From: Lama guanicoe
Lineage: Eukaryota
Direction of reading: 5' to 3'
DNA length: 64,000 bases
Assembly (NCBI GenBank): GCA_013239625.1
Contig: MU054212.1
Location: 7,817,412-7,881,411, forward strand
Shown here: one piece after another, positions 12,643 to 25,380 of the stretch
How the letters are laid out: each line of letters starts with the position of its first letter
Numbering within the stretch: the stretch's first letter is position 1
The notes under the pieces: model-generated
Told to the model about the DNA's origin: nothing
Database searches by the model: none
The model's input: the letters and a program-made list of their open reading frames with translations, nothing else
Translations under genes and position numbers: made by a program

Positions 12643-12756
12643 TAGGATGACCAGCTAGTCCTGGTTTGCCTGGGACTTTCCTGGTTTTAGCACTGAAAAT
12701 CCTGCCTGCAGGGAAACCCCTCAGTGCCATTCAAACCGGGGTGTTCGGTCACTTTA
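12643..12756 (+). mobile_element. MER81 (hAT-Blackjack MITE), full length
   Basis: 114 bp. Ends TAGGATGACC...GGTCACTTTA resemble the TAGGGTGACC TIR. Internal 'ggtttgcctgggactttcctggttttagcactgaaa' matches MER81. Confidence 0.85.
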
Positions 12757-13854
12757 CAGACAGTACTCGGCCTAAGAGGCTTTCATGGGAACTGAGAGAG
12801 AGAGACAAGAAATGCAAGTAGAGGAAAGTGATCGAGATGGTTTATGGAGACAAGGGTGAAGATGATTTCTCACCCATATCAAAGAAAATCGGTCTTAGCA
12901 ACCACAGCAATACGACAGAACAGTTACCACAACTTGACAAAAAGTTTCCTATAAATAAATAAATACATCTGTAGCTTCGCGATCCATGTCAATATCATGA
13001 AGGGTCCAAAAGACACCCAAACTGGACACTGCCAAATCTTGAAACGTGAAGCATCCCATGAGAAGCAATCACCAAACACACAGCCAGACGTCCTAGGACC
13101 AGTCATCCTCATCCCCCCCTTACACCTTGCTGTCCTCAAGAGTCTGCTGCGTCCAAGGTGCTGCTCCCAGTCTGGGTTACAGCCTGGTCCCTGCTTCTGC
13201 TGGGCCAGATTCTATTCCCAGATCCATTCCCTTGTTCTTACTGGTGCCTTCAAGATCACTCTTTTTCTTGCATGTTTCTCTCCAGCCCCTTTCTTCGCAT
13301 CAACAGAAGCCCCTTTAAGCTTCTTCTGGGCCTCTTTCCCCATTGGAGAGCCTCCCACTTCCCTTCCGCTCCTCTCCCAACCCACCTGCCTTTCCAGAGA
13401 CTCAGAGAAGAGAGAGAGATGCCTCTTCAAAGATGAGGAGAGAGAAGGAATGAGGACAGACTGCATGTATTCTTATTTGAGTATTTTTGGGAGTGTGTGT
13501 ATGTGTGGACCCATAAATCATTTAACTAGGATTCCTTCTGGCCTTTACCTTTCCTCCTAGTGCCCACAGGTGTTCTCAGATAGTTAAAATCAGGGGGCAT
13601 GTACGTTTATATGCTATGATTGTTAATCCATATCTTTCTGTTGTCTTCAAAATTATCATTGTTCCCAGTTATCCTCCACCAAACATGAAATTATAATTAG
13701 TATATTTATACATATGGCCCCTTTTCATAACTAGGGATATTTTCATACCCTTGGCATTCAAACTGAGTGCCTGTTTCATCCCATTTTGAAATTGATTGGC
13801 ATTTAATAAGATTATACATAGCATGCTGCTTGGGTTTTTATATTCTAAGAAAGA

Positions 13855-14038
13855 TTTTTTTAAATTGAAGTATAGTCAGTTTACAATGTTGTGTTACTTT
13901 CTGGTGTACAGCATTCTGATGCAGTTATATACACACACATATACAGACACATTTCTTTTCATATTCTTTTCCATTATAGGCTGTTACAGGATACTGAACA
14001 TAGTTCCCTGTGCTGTACACTAGGACCTTGTTGTTTAC
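13855..14038 (-). mobile_element. Short L1 3' end
   Basis: 'ttttttaaattgaagtatagtcagtttacaatgttgtg...atagttccctgtgctgtacactaggaccttgttgttta'. Confidence 0.88.
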
Positions 14039-14243
14039 CTCAAGTTGCTGTTTTGGATCCATTCCATATCTGTTGTTAGAGTCGCTGTATATATAGTTTT
14101 TCTGCTTTTTCTTGGGCAGTGTCTGTTTTAATTTCTTTTCAAACAACTACTACTTGGATTTATTCATTTCTTCCATAGGAACAAAACCCACTATTTATAC
14201 ACCCCCCCCCAAAAAAAAAACAAACTCACTTTTATATAAAGAG

Positions 14244-14593
14244 TGTCTTAGTCCATTCAGGCTGCTATAACAATATACCGTAGACTGAGTGGCTTATAAA
14301 TAACAAATTTATTTCTCACAGTCTGAAGGCTGGAAGTCAAAAATCAAGATGCCAGCAGATTTGGTGCCTGCTTCCTGGCTCATAGAGGGCCGTCTTGTTT
14401 GCTGTGTCCTCTCACGGTGGAAGGAACAAAGACGCTCCCTGGGGCCTCTGATAAGGGCACTAGTCCCATTCATGAGGGCTCCACCTTCATGATCTAGGCC
14501 TCTCCTAAAGGCCGCTCCTCCTAATACCATCACATGAGAGATTGGGTTTCAGTATGAATTTGGGGGGGGGGCACAAATACTCAGTCTATAGCA
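14244..14593 (-). mobile_element. MaLR solo LTR (MLT1A/MLT1A0-like), complete
   Basis: TGTCTTAGTCCATTCAGGCTGCTATAACA ... CAGTCTATAGCA (TG..CA), 350 bp. Flanks AAGAG/AATAG are an imperfect 5-bp TSD. Confidence 0.88.
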
Positions 14594-17279
14594 AATAGTG
14601 TATAATTTAAAAAAAATAATGATATGGAAAAGACACACAAAAAAAATCATCCACAAAACTATCACCATGAGAATAGAGCCTCTGTCCGTGTCTTCAGGAC
14701 GCCAGGGAGGAAAAGGTACCAATGACCGGACACTTCACGCAGGGGGATGCCTGACAGATCAGCTCTTAAGACCTGAATTTGAACACTTTGTTTACCCGGC
14801 AAGGAGCCTGCTACCAGCATTTGCCATCCACAGAACTGTGCTAAGACAGTCTATTTCTGGAGAATGGAGCAGAGATTAACTGCTCGCTCGTGATAAATCA
14901 AGGGTATTTGATTTGCCTGTTACATGCCCAGTTTTCTTTGGAAGCAAGCCCTGGAAGCTATTTTTCTGATCAAACCCTAACTCTCCTGTTAGTGCTTATG
15001 AAAGAGAAAAATAACATTTACTCATGATAAAGACTGAGTTCTAGCCATTATAAATCTTATCAATTGCCTTGTGAAGGTTAGGGGGGGAAAAAAGAAGAAA
15101 AAAAATTCCCATGTGCTCACTTAACCTTGGGTTTGGACTAATGCTGTCACTACCCTTGCAGAATGTTCTGGAATTTCAGGGATCGAAACAGATGAAAATA
15201 TGAAAGGAGATGAAGTTGGAAACCTATGGAGATATGTGACTGATGACTGCTGTACTCTTAAGGAATGGCGAGTGACAATCCAATGAAGAAAACTGTTTTA
15301 GTTTACTAGTTAATATGAAATATTAGGAGGGCCTAATGTTTCCTTTTTTCTTTATTCCCTCAGAAGCCAGCAAGATCAACAGAAATAATCTTAGCAGACT
15401 ATGCCCAGTTGGTATTTAGAGTCATTCACTCACACAGACACGAAACGCATAATGATCTTTTTTTTTTTTTTGCTTCAGTAGAGGTGCTCAGTGCCTAATA
15501 TACCCTCCATATAATCTTTTGATTGATGGCTTGAAAAGAGATATAATCTTCCCCCCAAATCATTCAGACAAATGCAAGATATATTATCTAAAATGTGAGC
15601 CAATGTCTAACCATTTTCCTTGGGTTAAAATGTACACTTTTACATAAGCAGTTTCAACAAACATCTCCTGAGTGTCGGTTACATATAAATGTTCACTCAA
15701 AGGTACCACGGAAGTAAGTAGTGAGACCGAATGTGAACCAGATGGCCTGCCGCCAACTCTGTCCACTCTTCTTAGCTCACATGTGTTTTGACACCATCCA
15801 TTAGCCTCGGGGAGGAGTGTTTTGACAGAGGGAAGAAGAACCACAAAGACAGGGCTGCGTGCTCTCTGGGTGAGTGGTTTGTTCTCTTTATTTCTGAAGG
15901 CATTCGGATGCCTTTATCTATCATTATGACATAGAGCTTGAAATTTCCCTTAGTTAATTGGCTTTTGGAAGAAGAGTAAGGGAAGTTTCTTTCTCCTCTC
16001 CCTCCTTCTTATAACCTTTTTGTTTTTTTTTTCAAGGACATCCAGTAACAGGCAAAAGAGTGAGCAGGTTGGTAGCATGCCCATCTATCTGGGGCATCAA
16101 AATAGCCTGAAATAAATTAGTAATGTGATGCTAGGTTATCAAGTGTTCACTCACGGTTCCCGAAAATGGTCTTGTTCAGATGTGGTAAAAGATCACCTCC
16201 AGCAGAAAATGTCAAACCCACCACAAACAAAGAGCAAGCTTTCTTTTTGGAGTTAGCCTTCTGCTGTTGGGTAATTTTGAGACGGCTGCACAAGTTGCAA
16301 GGAGCAGCTGCGCCCACACCACCGCCCTGAGCCCAGCCAGCTGACGCTGGCCTCGAGTCGGCCTCCACTGCCAGAGGAGATCTGGAAACCCCAAGGTGCC
16401 TGGGGTTGTGGTGGGTCTGACTGCCGAAATTACAGACCCTTTGTCAGGGCTATCAAGAAGGTGTCTGATCCATCACATTGCACAAAGTACATTCACAATT
16501 TTGAACAAGGAGAGGCAAGTTATTTTCTGCAGCGGCAGATCTGACCCCAGTAACCACTACATCAATATTAAACACAACTTTATGAGTAGTGATTTGAAGG
16601 GACTGCACATTATTCATTCTGGCCAGATCCTATTGGAGGAAATATATTTTCCCCTCATTTCCATTCACTCGGTTTTTCTTTGTTCGGACATGGGTGTGGA
16701 GGTGTATTATATATGCCCCCCGCCACACGCACACACACACACTTTCCCTCCCAGTCCTTACCAAAGTTTGCAAGACAGTTCTGGAAAAGATTTGCCAGGG
16801 AGATCAAAGTGTTTCCTGCACCCTCTCCTCCTGCTGTCTGCAATGTAAAACAAAGGACACCTGAATCAGTTTCTTCACAATTCCTATGAGCAAGGTTTTC
16901 TCTAGCAGCAAAGCCACAGAATGAACAGTTGCCTCTAGAATACTGTCAAGCAGGCAGCGTGACTGTTTCTTCCCGTAATGGGTCCCCACTCATTTGCTAA
17001 TAAGGAAATTCAGCTGTTAACAAAAGAGTTGCCATTTCACTTTCTTTTTTTTCCCCCGCATCTATGGCCATTTGGGGTAAAATTGTATGTGAACATTAAA
17101 ACTTAAACGCGATGCAACAAGAAAAATCTTTGTAATGCCTCCCAAATATTTGCCCCGTTTCTCCACAAAGTTAAGAAAACACAAAATCAGGAAACTTACT
17201 TGTTTTTGTATTATGTATACCTGGGAAGTTTTTTTCCTGCTGAGTAACAGAACAAAACTTGAGCTGCCTCGCTTTCTGC

Positions 17280-17860
17280 TTCCAGGAATGCCAATCAGAG
17301 AACATTCTTTTTCAGACAGCCAAGTTTGGAAGTCAGTTGGTTTCTGGCAGCAAGCAGGGGGAGGGGATGGTGGTGGGGAGAGCACAGCGAGTCCTCCTCC
17401 TCGGGCTGGTCTTCAGCTCCCAAGTGTTTCCGTAATAGCCATCAATGAAAGCATCTCCTTTTACCCAAGCGGAGACAGGTAAAGAGACAGCTGAATAAAT
17501 CAGCATTAGCTGTAACAGCGGAAGCTCAGCCGGAGCATGGGGGTGGGGGGTGGAGGGCGGGCGTTTGACAGGCTGCCATTGGTGAGTTTACCAAAGGCGT
17601 CTGCCAGTGGGACTTGAGTGGAATGTGAAACCAAATCATTTTCAAGTTAAAGATAGACACTGTACACACCAGGATCCAGAAGCTGGATTTTAAACTCGCG
17701 CCTCTCCCCAGCATTTCAGAGTCCTGTTGCCATCTCTGTAATTAACCGTTTGGTTGAGGTTTCTTCTTTAAGTGAATGTGCTAAGAATTCGTATACGTTC
17801 GGGATGTGCTGGAGTTAAAAGGATTTGAGAGATCATGGTGTGCGTACGCTAGGGTAAGTG
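17280..17860 (+). promoter_or_regulatory. Candidate promoter and non-coding first exon ending at donor AGG|GTAAGT (17853/17854)
   Basis: CCAATCAG at 17291, GC box GGGCGGG at 17555-17561, reverse CCAAT (ATTGG) at 17578-17582, G-runs, raised CpG, lies in a repeat-poor block, and a strong donor downstream. Gene not identified. Confidence 0.45.
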
Positions 17861-19999
17861 AAAAGATTGGTGTCAGGCACGTTGCTCCTCTGGGAAGCTT
17901 CATGTTGAGTTTTTCTTTTTTATGGGTGCGAGTGAAAATGTGAGAGTGCAGATTTCCCAGCGTTGGAACTTGCTTTACCTTTCTTGAGATAGTTGGCATT
18001 TTACAGTTTGTGAAGTAGAAAGAAACAAAGTATTTCAGATAGTTGGAGCTTGACCTTGTAACTTCAGTTTTGCTTTATTTACCCTTACTTACTTTCTTCT
18101 CTATTAACTCTCTTAAACACCCGGCGTTTCTTGAATTACAATGTTGGTAGTTAAATGTCACAACACTGACTAAGTGTTCCTAAGTCCGGGATGCCATTGG
18201 ATGTGACTGTTTTATCAGGAGATAAGAGTTATTTCCCTCGCTTGGCACTACGGCTGTTTTTAATTAAAAAAAATGAGAAAAGAAAATAATAAAAGAAGGG
18301 GGGAAAGAGGTGGTGTGAAGTGCATTAAGGAGCCTTTAGAAGATATCCTATTTTTTAGAAAAAAATAAATGAGAAAAATAGGCAATTTTCCATTGAAGAG
18401 AACAGTTTATTAATAGAAGTTATTTTTTGGTGTCGCCTCATTAATTCCAAGCAGGTTCTCCTCCTCCAAAAAAAGCTGATACTTGCTAAGCAAATAGAGG
18501 CGTTCTGATTATACAGAGCTTGAGGGTGCGGGACGGAAAGTTGTCTGATTTGCTCCTGCCTCGCTGGGTGTTAAGGATTTCAGAACTCTTTTTTTTCAAA
18601 GGAAGAATGACAAACTTTAATCCTCTTCATGTTTTGACCATGTATAGGTTTGGTTTCTTGTTTTGTCCAGTGACCTCTCGGCTCTCATAGAGACAGCTTT
18701 TCCAAACTTGCAGAGTGTTCCTTCTGAATAAATACTGTCCATAATAGTCACAGAGTCCATGGACTGAACTGCAAATTCTACTTTATATGGGATAAATAAA
18801 CGTGCTGACGTTCTTATTACAGAGTGTGGGGCTGAACAGTTGTTGCATGTAACTGGCCAGGTTTCGTTCTGTCAAATAGACCGGAATCTAGTGAACTAAG
18901 CTGGCTGACCTGCGTACAAACAGTGAATGACTTACTATGAACCTTTCCTTCAACTTTGGTAAGGATAAATAAGGGACCGTATTACTCTGATACAGTGAAA
19001 AATGAGAGAGGCACTTGTTCTTACAATCATTTCGTTAGATCACAGTTAACCTTCCCTAATCCTCATAATTAACCCATTAGGTTGTAAGAGTCGCAGGTAA
19101 GTTTCACTTCTCCGCGAGCAGATGGTACCTTTGTACATTTTCCCTGGTGACATTGGACGTGTGTCCTCCCTGCCTTACCCAGCTCTGTCCTGGACTGTTG
19201 GCAAGAGGATTGAGCCTGGCAGGAATCGTAGGTGTCTCCCAAGAAATTTGTGAGGGCACGCACACGTGTGTGTGTGAGCACCATACACATAAGGACACAC
19301 AAACGTGTAAACTTACCTTGTACTTAACTAATATATTTCTGATTGAATTATGCACATAAGTAAAATTATATTAGGCTTATCAGTGTGGGGTTTTGTTTTT
19401 GTTTCCAGTGTGTCAAAAGAAGACCCCTCCCTCAAAAAAACACTAAATTTAAAATTCTAAAATGTAAGAATTTTGAACTTAAGTGGCCAAATAGTGTTGA
19501 CAAGGGGGCCAATGAACATTTGTCTGCTCCTGTGACTCACTCACTGTTTCTAGTTCCCTGCTGACGTCACCAAGCTTGGATGTTATCTCTTCAAACGTAG
19601 CAAGTGAAGTCGTCTTATGATGTATGTCTGCTAATTCTCATCTCTCAAGAATTACTGAGATTTGTTATTATAATTATTGTTCCTATCAGTTCTCACTCAT
19701 GGTGTCTTGTTTGCTTGGTTGCTTGGCTACCTCTGACTCTCTGCTGGAAATGTATTTTTTTAAATTACTGGTAAGAATAAGTTGAGCGCTAGTGGTGATG
19801 ATGGTTTCCTCCAAAGAGGGTCTGGGTTTGCTTCTGCCAGGCCCCTGGGGGCAATACCAGGCCAGAATCACCTTAGTCCAAGGGCAACACGGGTGCCAGA
19901 AGCTAGGCTGCAGGTCTGTGTGAGGAACAGCGGTTTACTGGGGGTTCACGCCTACCCCGAGGGAAGTGATGGCCTGCTGAGGTCCCAAGTGAAAGCTGG

Positions 20000-21277
20000 C
20001 TAGCGTGTTAAAGCTCTCATCTGACGGCCATGGGCCCTGTCGCTCCCACGAAGCTCGTAAGGCCACCTGGCGTCCAGCTGGTCTCCCAGACCTTTCGTTC
20101 CTGACACTCAGATGCCCGCGAGCAAAACCTTTCAAAGACGGGCGTCTCTCTCTGAGTTCTGGTCTTCTGCTGAATTTCTGTGTCTTCACCATCTTGTTGG
20201 CTCTTTGTTGTTTTTACATTTTAAATATTTCCTGTTACCTCGGTGGGAATGTTGGTCCGAATTATCTCGTTGCTGTGACCAGAAATAGAAACTCACTCGT
20301 CTGCTTTTATGCTCGTTGTGTTGGTACTGCTCATTCTAGAGAGGCTCTCGGGCAGTCTGCTGAGGTGGCTCATGATCTCGGTCCATTTGTCTGATTTGGG
20401 GTTACGGCTGTGGCCTGATCTGTTTCGGCTTTTTGGAGGACTTTGCAAATGCAGGTTTCTGATTGGAAGAGCCCCGCATTCCAGCCTGATCTGAGCTGTC
20501 AACAATACTTAGCCGCCCTTTTATTTGTCCCTCTCGGGCCCCTCAGTCTCTCTAATCCACCCCCACGGCCGTCACTCTCAGCTGTTGACCTTGACTCTTC
20601 TCGCTTTCCCTTGGCCCGTATCCAGTATCACCACATTTGAAAAGTCATCGTAAATAAGTTCCCCGCTTTCCATTCTCTTTGCAACTTCAGGGCTTCATCC
20701 CCTCACTTGGCTGCTCCTATGGTCTCCCAGTTGTTCTTCTGTCCCCCGGTTCTACCCTCCAACATATCCCCCTACTGGGACCAGCACACCCGTCTTCTAA
20801 AAGTCGCAGACGTGAGTGGGTTATTCCCCCACTTAAAAATCTCTCGTGGCTCACCGTTCCCGTCAATATACATTCCTTAATATGTCTTACTGTGTCACAA
20901 AGCCGCAACGCGTGTCTCTAACATCACCGCCACAACCACTGATTACCTCCAACACGTTAGTCCCCCGTGATCGCTGCCTCCAGAGAAACCCACACACAGT
21001 CGTATGTCTGCTTGTCTTACCCACTAGTCTGTTGGTGGGTTTTTTTTGGGTTGTTTTTTTTTTTTCGCCCAGAATGCCCATTGTGGGCACAATTTTCTTT
21101 GTGGGCAAATCCCACTCCTCCTTCGAGATGGATCTCATACGTCACTTCCCCTGTCCATTCACTGTGTAGCTCACCCCCAGCTCTGGGCGGCCCTGACGGC
21201 CGGTGTTGTGTCTTACTCACGTTTATCTCAGTGACCATCACATAGAAACCATTTAATACATGTTTAAGGAGTGAACA
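20000..21277 (+). mobile_element. L2 3' region, decayed
   Basis: Pyrimidine-rich tract with L2 motifs ('ttctaaaa...cccccacttaaaaatctctcgtggctcacc', 'aatcccactcctccttcgagatgg') and a degenerate 3' end '...aatacatgtttaaggagtgaa'. The 5' boundary is uncertain. Confidence 0.6.
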
Positions 21278-23329
21278 CACAACAATTTGGAAGGAGGTTT
21301 TCCTCAACCACTCCTTTCTGACTTTATTCTGTTTTATTCTAAACAGCGTATTCTTTTCACCTTAGGCTCTTTGTCTAGAATGGTGATCATTTGTCATCCT
21401 TGGTGTCAAGTAGAATCAGTTAAAAATGTTTCGTTATTGTTACTTTGGTGGTGGAGGGGGGAAGGTTATCTGTTTTCATTTTTGCCAAATGAGACTATAT
21501 AACTTGATTGTGATGACAAAAGAGATGGTCAAAGTGTAAGTATGATAAATTAGCTGTGTATTATCAGAGAGATTCATAATCAGAAAGGAAGTCATCGAGT
21601 TGGAAAATAGACATGTTCCAACAAATCCAGCCCAGTATGCTAGACAGCACAAATGGAAGAAGTCAGGATGACACAACAAAATTAAAAGCATCTCACTGCA
21701 CACAGCCTGAATCTGAACCATCAGACTGGTTCCGATGGTTGTTTGGCTTGTTTTCCGATCGCAGTGTGTGCTAGAAGGAAAGTGGTGGCTTGCTTACGGG
21801 ATATGACACTGTGACCCTAAATCTTCAAGTCGGTTAAACTTTTTCCTTAAAAAATTTTAAGGCCTTAAAGTACAGAATTAATCTTTTTCCTATGCTGAGT
21901 TTAGAAAACTGCGTTTATTTGTTAAAAACTGAATAGAGTTGGTGGGAATCAGAGGAAGAGGAAATACAGCTTATTAATTCTAAGGATGTTTAACCAATTT
22001 CGTATTCCTCAGATCACTTATAAACTTTTCACACACATATTATATGCCTTTGATATACAAACTTCTGCGATTTAGAAAAAAATAAGAAACTTGGTTTATT
22101 TTTTTCCTTATATGGGGCTCTTTTACCTCCACAAAGACAAAAAGCCCTAATATGAATGGAGTTAAAATTTATCTTAAATTATTTTTGACTCTAATGTTCA
22201 AGTCATTGTTAAGATGAAAACACAGATTTCTCCATCACAAAATGTGAAAATAATATATATTAAAAAAACCCAAAATGTGACAATATAATATTATTGGCCT
22301 TTTTTTTACCTCATCAATCAAAGAAATTAAGACTAGCTCTTGAAAACTGGCTGATTTTAAATTGTAGCTTCCAAGCAGCTGAGCTAATTTGTCTTATTAA
22401 CTCAAGAAATCCCTACCAGGCTCATACCTTGTGCCTTAACCTGTGCTTGCACTTGACCATGAAATTGAGATAGCCCCCTTCACTAGCCACTGACACTGAA
22501 ATATGTTGTGTTAGAACAATGGAAATACAATTTGCAAATTTTCTCATTTATATTCTTATTTAATTTGTACTAATCTCCACACTTGTTAAAAAGTCACTTT
22601 GCCTTTCCTCAACGATTAGTGTTTTTCCTCTCAGAAAGCTAAATTTTAATTGTTCAGCAGATATTTTATTACAGAATATTTTAAAGAGACCTAAACAAAT
22701 TTTTAAAGAAAAAGTTACGTAGAAAATGTATTTTTATCACATAGGAAGCTATGTTGTATCTGAACATAAAGTAAAAATGCATTTATTTGCATAAATAAAG
22801 CTGGACTTTGCATTCTTGCAAGATAAATATGGCATAAAGATGACTCAAGAGACACTGAGTCATGAAGGCTTTGTAAAGCTCTGTGTTTTGAAGACAGCAA
22901 TAGAGTTATTTTTATTATTTTTCTTTCTTGGTCTCACTTGACTTTTGTACCCCATTCCTACATAGCACACATATTTCTGGGTGCTGAAAGAATGGATTCG
23001 CTGAATTAATCATAGTTTGTTGATATATATATTCAAGAATACAGATTCCTTTATTAATTTTATTAAAAGATGTAGATTCATTTTGAATGAAATGTGTCTT
23101 CTCATACATATGAACTTTCTAGTCTTAGTGGTTCATTCCTACACATTTGTAGAAACATATTTACTCACCAAGAGATGTTGTTTTTAACACCTCAGATAAG
23201 TGTAACGATTCTCTCCTAAAATGCATCCAATGTTTCATACTATTTTGTGGGTAAGAGACATATGTTGTTATTTTCTCTTCTATACGATAAAACTAAGATG
23301 CAGACATACGCAGTGCTCCAGATATACTA

Positions 23330-23620
23330 CATGTGGTTTCCTGGGGGTGAAAAACAGCCCCTAAATCTCAGTGGCTTATAAAAACCAAGGTTTCCTTCCC
23401 ACTCAGGCAAATTTTTCATCAGCCACGGGGTTGGAAGGCCCGTCTCCACATTGTTGCTTTCACCAGGAAATGACCCATGTTCCTTATGCTCACATTCCCT
23501 TGGCCAAAGCTTGCCACGTGATCACACCTGACTTCAGCTGGGTGAATAATACAGTTGTTCCACTTGCCTGGAGAGAGAAAGAGCAGGAATATTCATGAAG
23601 AGCTCTAATGAATTCCACAG
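23330..23620 (-). mobile_element. Old MaLR LTR (MLT1K/L-like)
   Basis: 'aaatctcagtggcttataaaaaccaagg' and 'tgctcacattcccttggccaaagc...cacacctgacttca'. Confidence 0.6.
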
Positions 23621-24134
23621 TCATGGATGGTAGATGGCCCTAAACCTCCAGACCAACAGAGGTCTAGATTTAAACTCTTACATACCTGTGCACAGTATTT
23701 GGTCCATACTGATGCTACCTGCAAATTGATGCTAATGTCTCTGGTCTGTTTTCATCCTTTGACTCTCAGCCCCACTGAGCCGGTTTTGGCTCTCTAAATC
23801 TTGGCCATTTCTGGAGCATCTGTGACCTTTCCTTTCACAGCTTTTCTGGTCCTTGGGAACCTGGCATTTAACCTCTCCTCACATTTATCTCTCAGGGAGT
23901 TGTGCCCACGGACAGTTTTGGGAAAGGGAAAAGAGCCTCTGACAGGGGAATTTCCATACAGCGTAGAGAGAAGTTGTGAAACGTTACCACTTTCCCATCT
24001 CTAAGCAGTGACCACGTGTAGCAGAGAAATGGAGAACAAGTAACTGAATGTAATTCTAATCCCCAGCCCCCACTTCTAGGCGCAAAGAAAAGGACTAGGC
24101 TGAGGGGAAATGCCGCAGAGGAATGACCATCTGT

Positions 24135-24981
24135 ATTATTGACATATAGTTGGTTTACAATGTTGTGTTAGTTTCAGGTGTACAGCATAGTGGTTCAATT
24201 ATACATATATGTATTCTTTTTCATATTCTTTTCCATTATAGGCTATTACAAGGTACTGAATATAGTTCCCTGTGCTCTACAGTAGGACCTTGTTGTTTAT
24301 CTGTTTTATGTATAGTAGTTAGCATCTGCAAATCCAGAACTCCTAATTTATCCCTCCACCCCCACTCCCCACTAGTAACCATAAATTTGTTTTCTGTGTC
24401 TGTGAGTCTGACTCTGTTTTGTAAATAAGTTCATCTGTGTCCTTTTTTTTTAGATTCCACATGTGAGTGATCTTATATGGTATTTTTCTTTCTCTTTTTG
24501 GTTTATTTCACTTGGTATGATGATCTCCAAGTCCATCCATGTTGCTGCACGTGGCATTATTTTATTCTTTTTTATGACCAAGTAGTATTCCTTTGTATAA
24601 ATATACCACAACTTCTTTATCCAGTCATCTGTCAATGGACATTTAGGTTGTTTTCATGTCTTGGCTAGTGTAAACAGTGCCACTATGAACTTTGGGTTGC
24701 ATGTATCTTTGAATTCAAGTTTCCTTTGGATATATGCCCAGGAGTGGGATTCCTAGATCATAGGGTAAGTCTATTTTCAGTTTTTTAAGGAATCTCCATA
24801 CTGTTTTCCACAGTAGCTGCACCAAACTACATTCCCACCAGCAGTGTAGGAGGGTTCCCTTTCCTCCACACCCTCTCCAGCGTTTATCATTTGTGGACTT
24901 TTTAATGATGGCCATTCTGCCTGGTGTAAGACGTTTGGAGTTTTGATTTGCATTTCTCTGATAATTAGTGAAAGTGAGCAA
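24135..24981 (-). mobile_element. L1 3' fragment including the decayed ORF2 C-terminal Cys-rich region
   Basis: Translations [63 protein letters not shown] and DWIKKLWYIYTKEYY...ATWMDLE match the canonical L1 ORF2 C-terminus, followed by 3' UTR. Confidence 0.95.
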
Positions 24982-25204
24982 GAAATGCATAGTTTTGAAC
25001 AGCATTTACATCACACTAATATTCTACTCTTGCTTTGCATTTAGTTTAAGCATTAACAAGATAAAATGGGGATTCAGAGATTAATGAGACACTTAAAAGT
25101 TGAAAAATTATTAAGCCAATATTTTAAGGTCTTTTGGATTTTAATTTAACTCAGCAAACCCAATTTATGTTCTCTGGAGCAATAATTCTAGGAAATGCTG
25201 TATG

Positions 25205-25380
25205 AAAGAAAAAGAAAAAAGATGAGGGTCCTGGGTCAGATGAATTTGGGAAATACTGTATACCGTAGCACTCTCTTGTAGATTAAGGTGACCTTTGCAT
25301 TAGAGACTCTTGAAATTTTACACTAAAGAGACGTGGTTGATTTTCTTTAACCCAGTGTTTCTTAAGCTAACTTGAATAGA
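25205..25380. mobile_element. hAT-Charlie relic (MER103C-like)
   Basis: 'gggtcagatgaatttgggaaatactg...ctttaacccagtgtttcttaagctaacttga' resembles MER103C. Confidence 0.5.

Noticed and set aside
12997..13560. Longest ORF (187 aa)
   Set aside because: No recognisable domain. It is a pyrimidine-rich composition with overlapping ORFs on both strands and no splice or codon-bias support.
24450..25005. ORFs with clear protein similarity
   Set aside because: These are frameshifted L1 ORF2 C-terminal remnants of a 5'-truncated copy, not a host gene.
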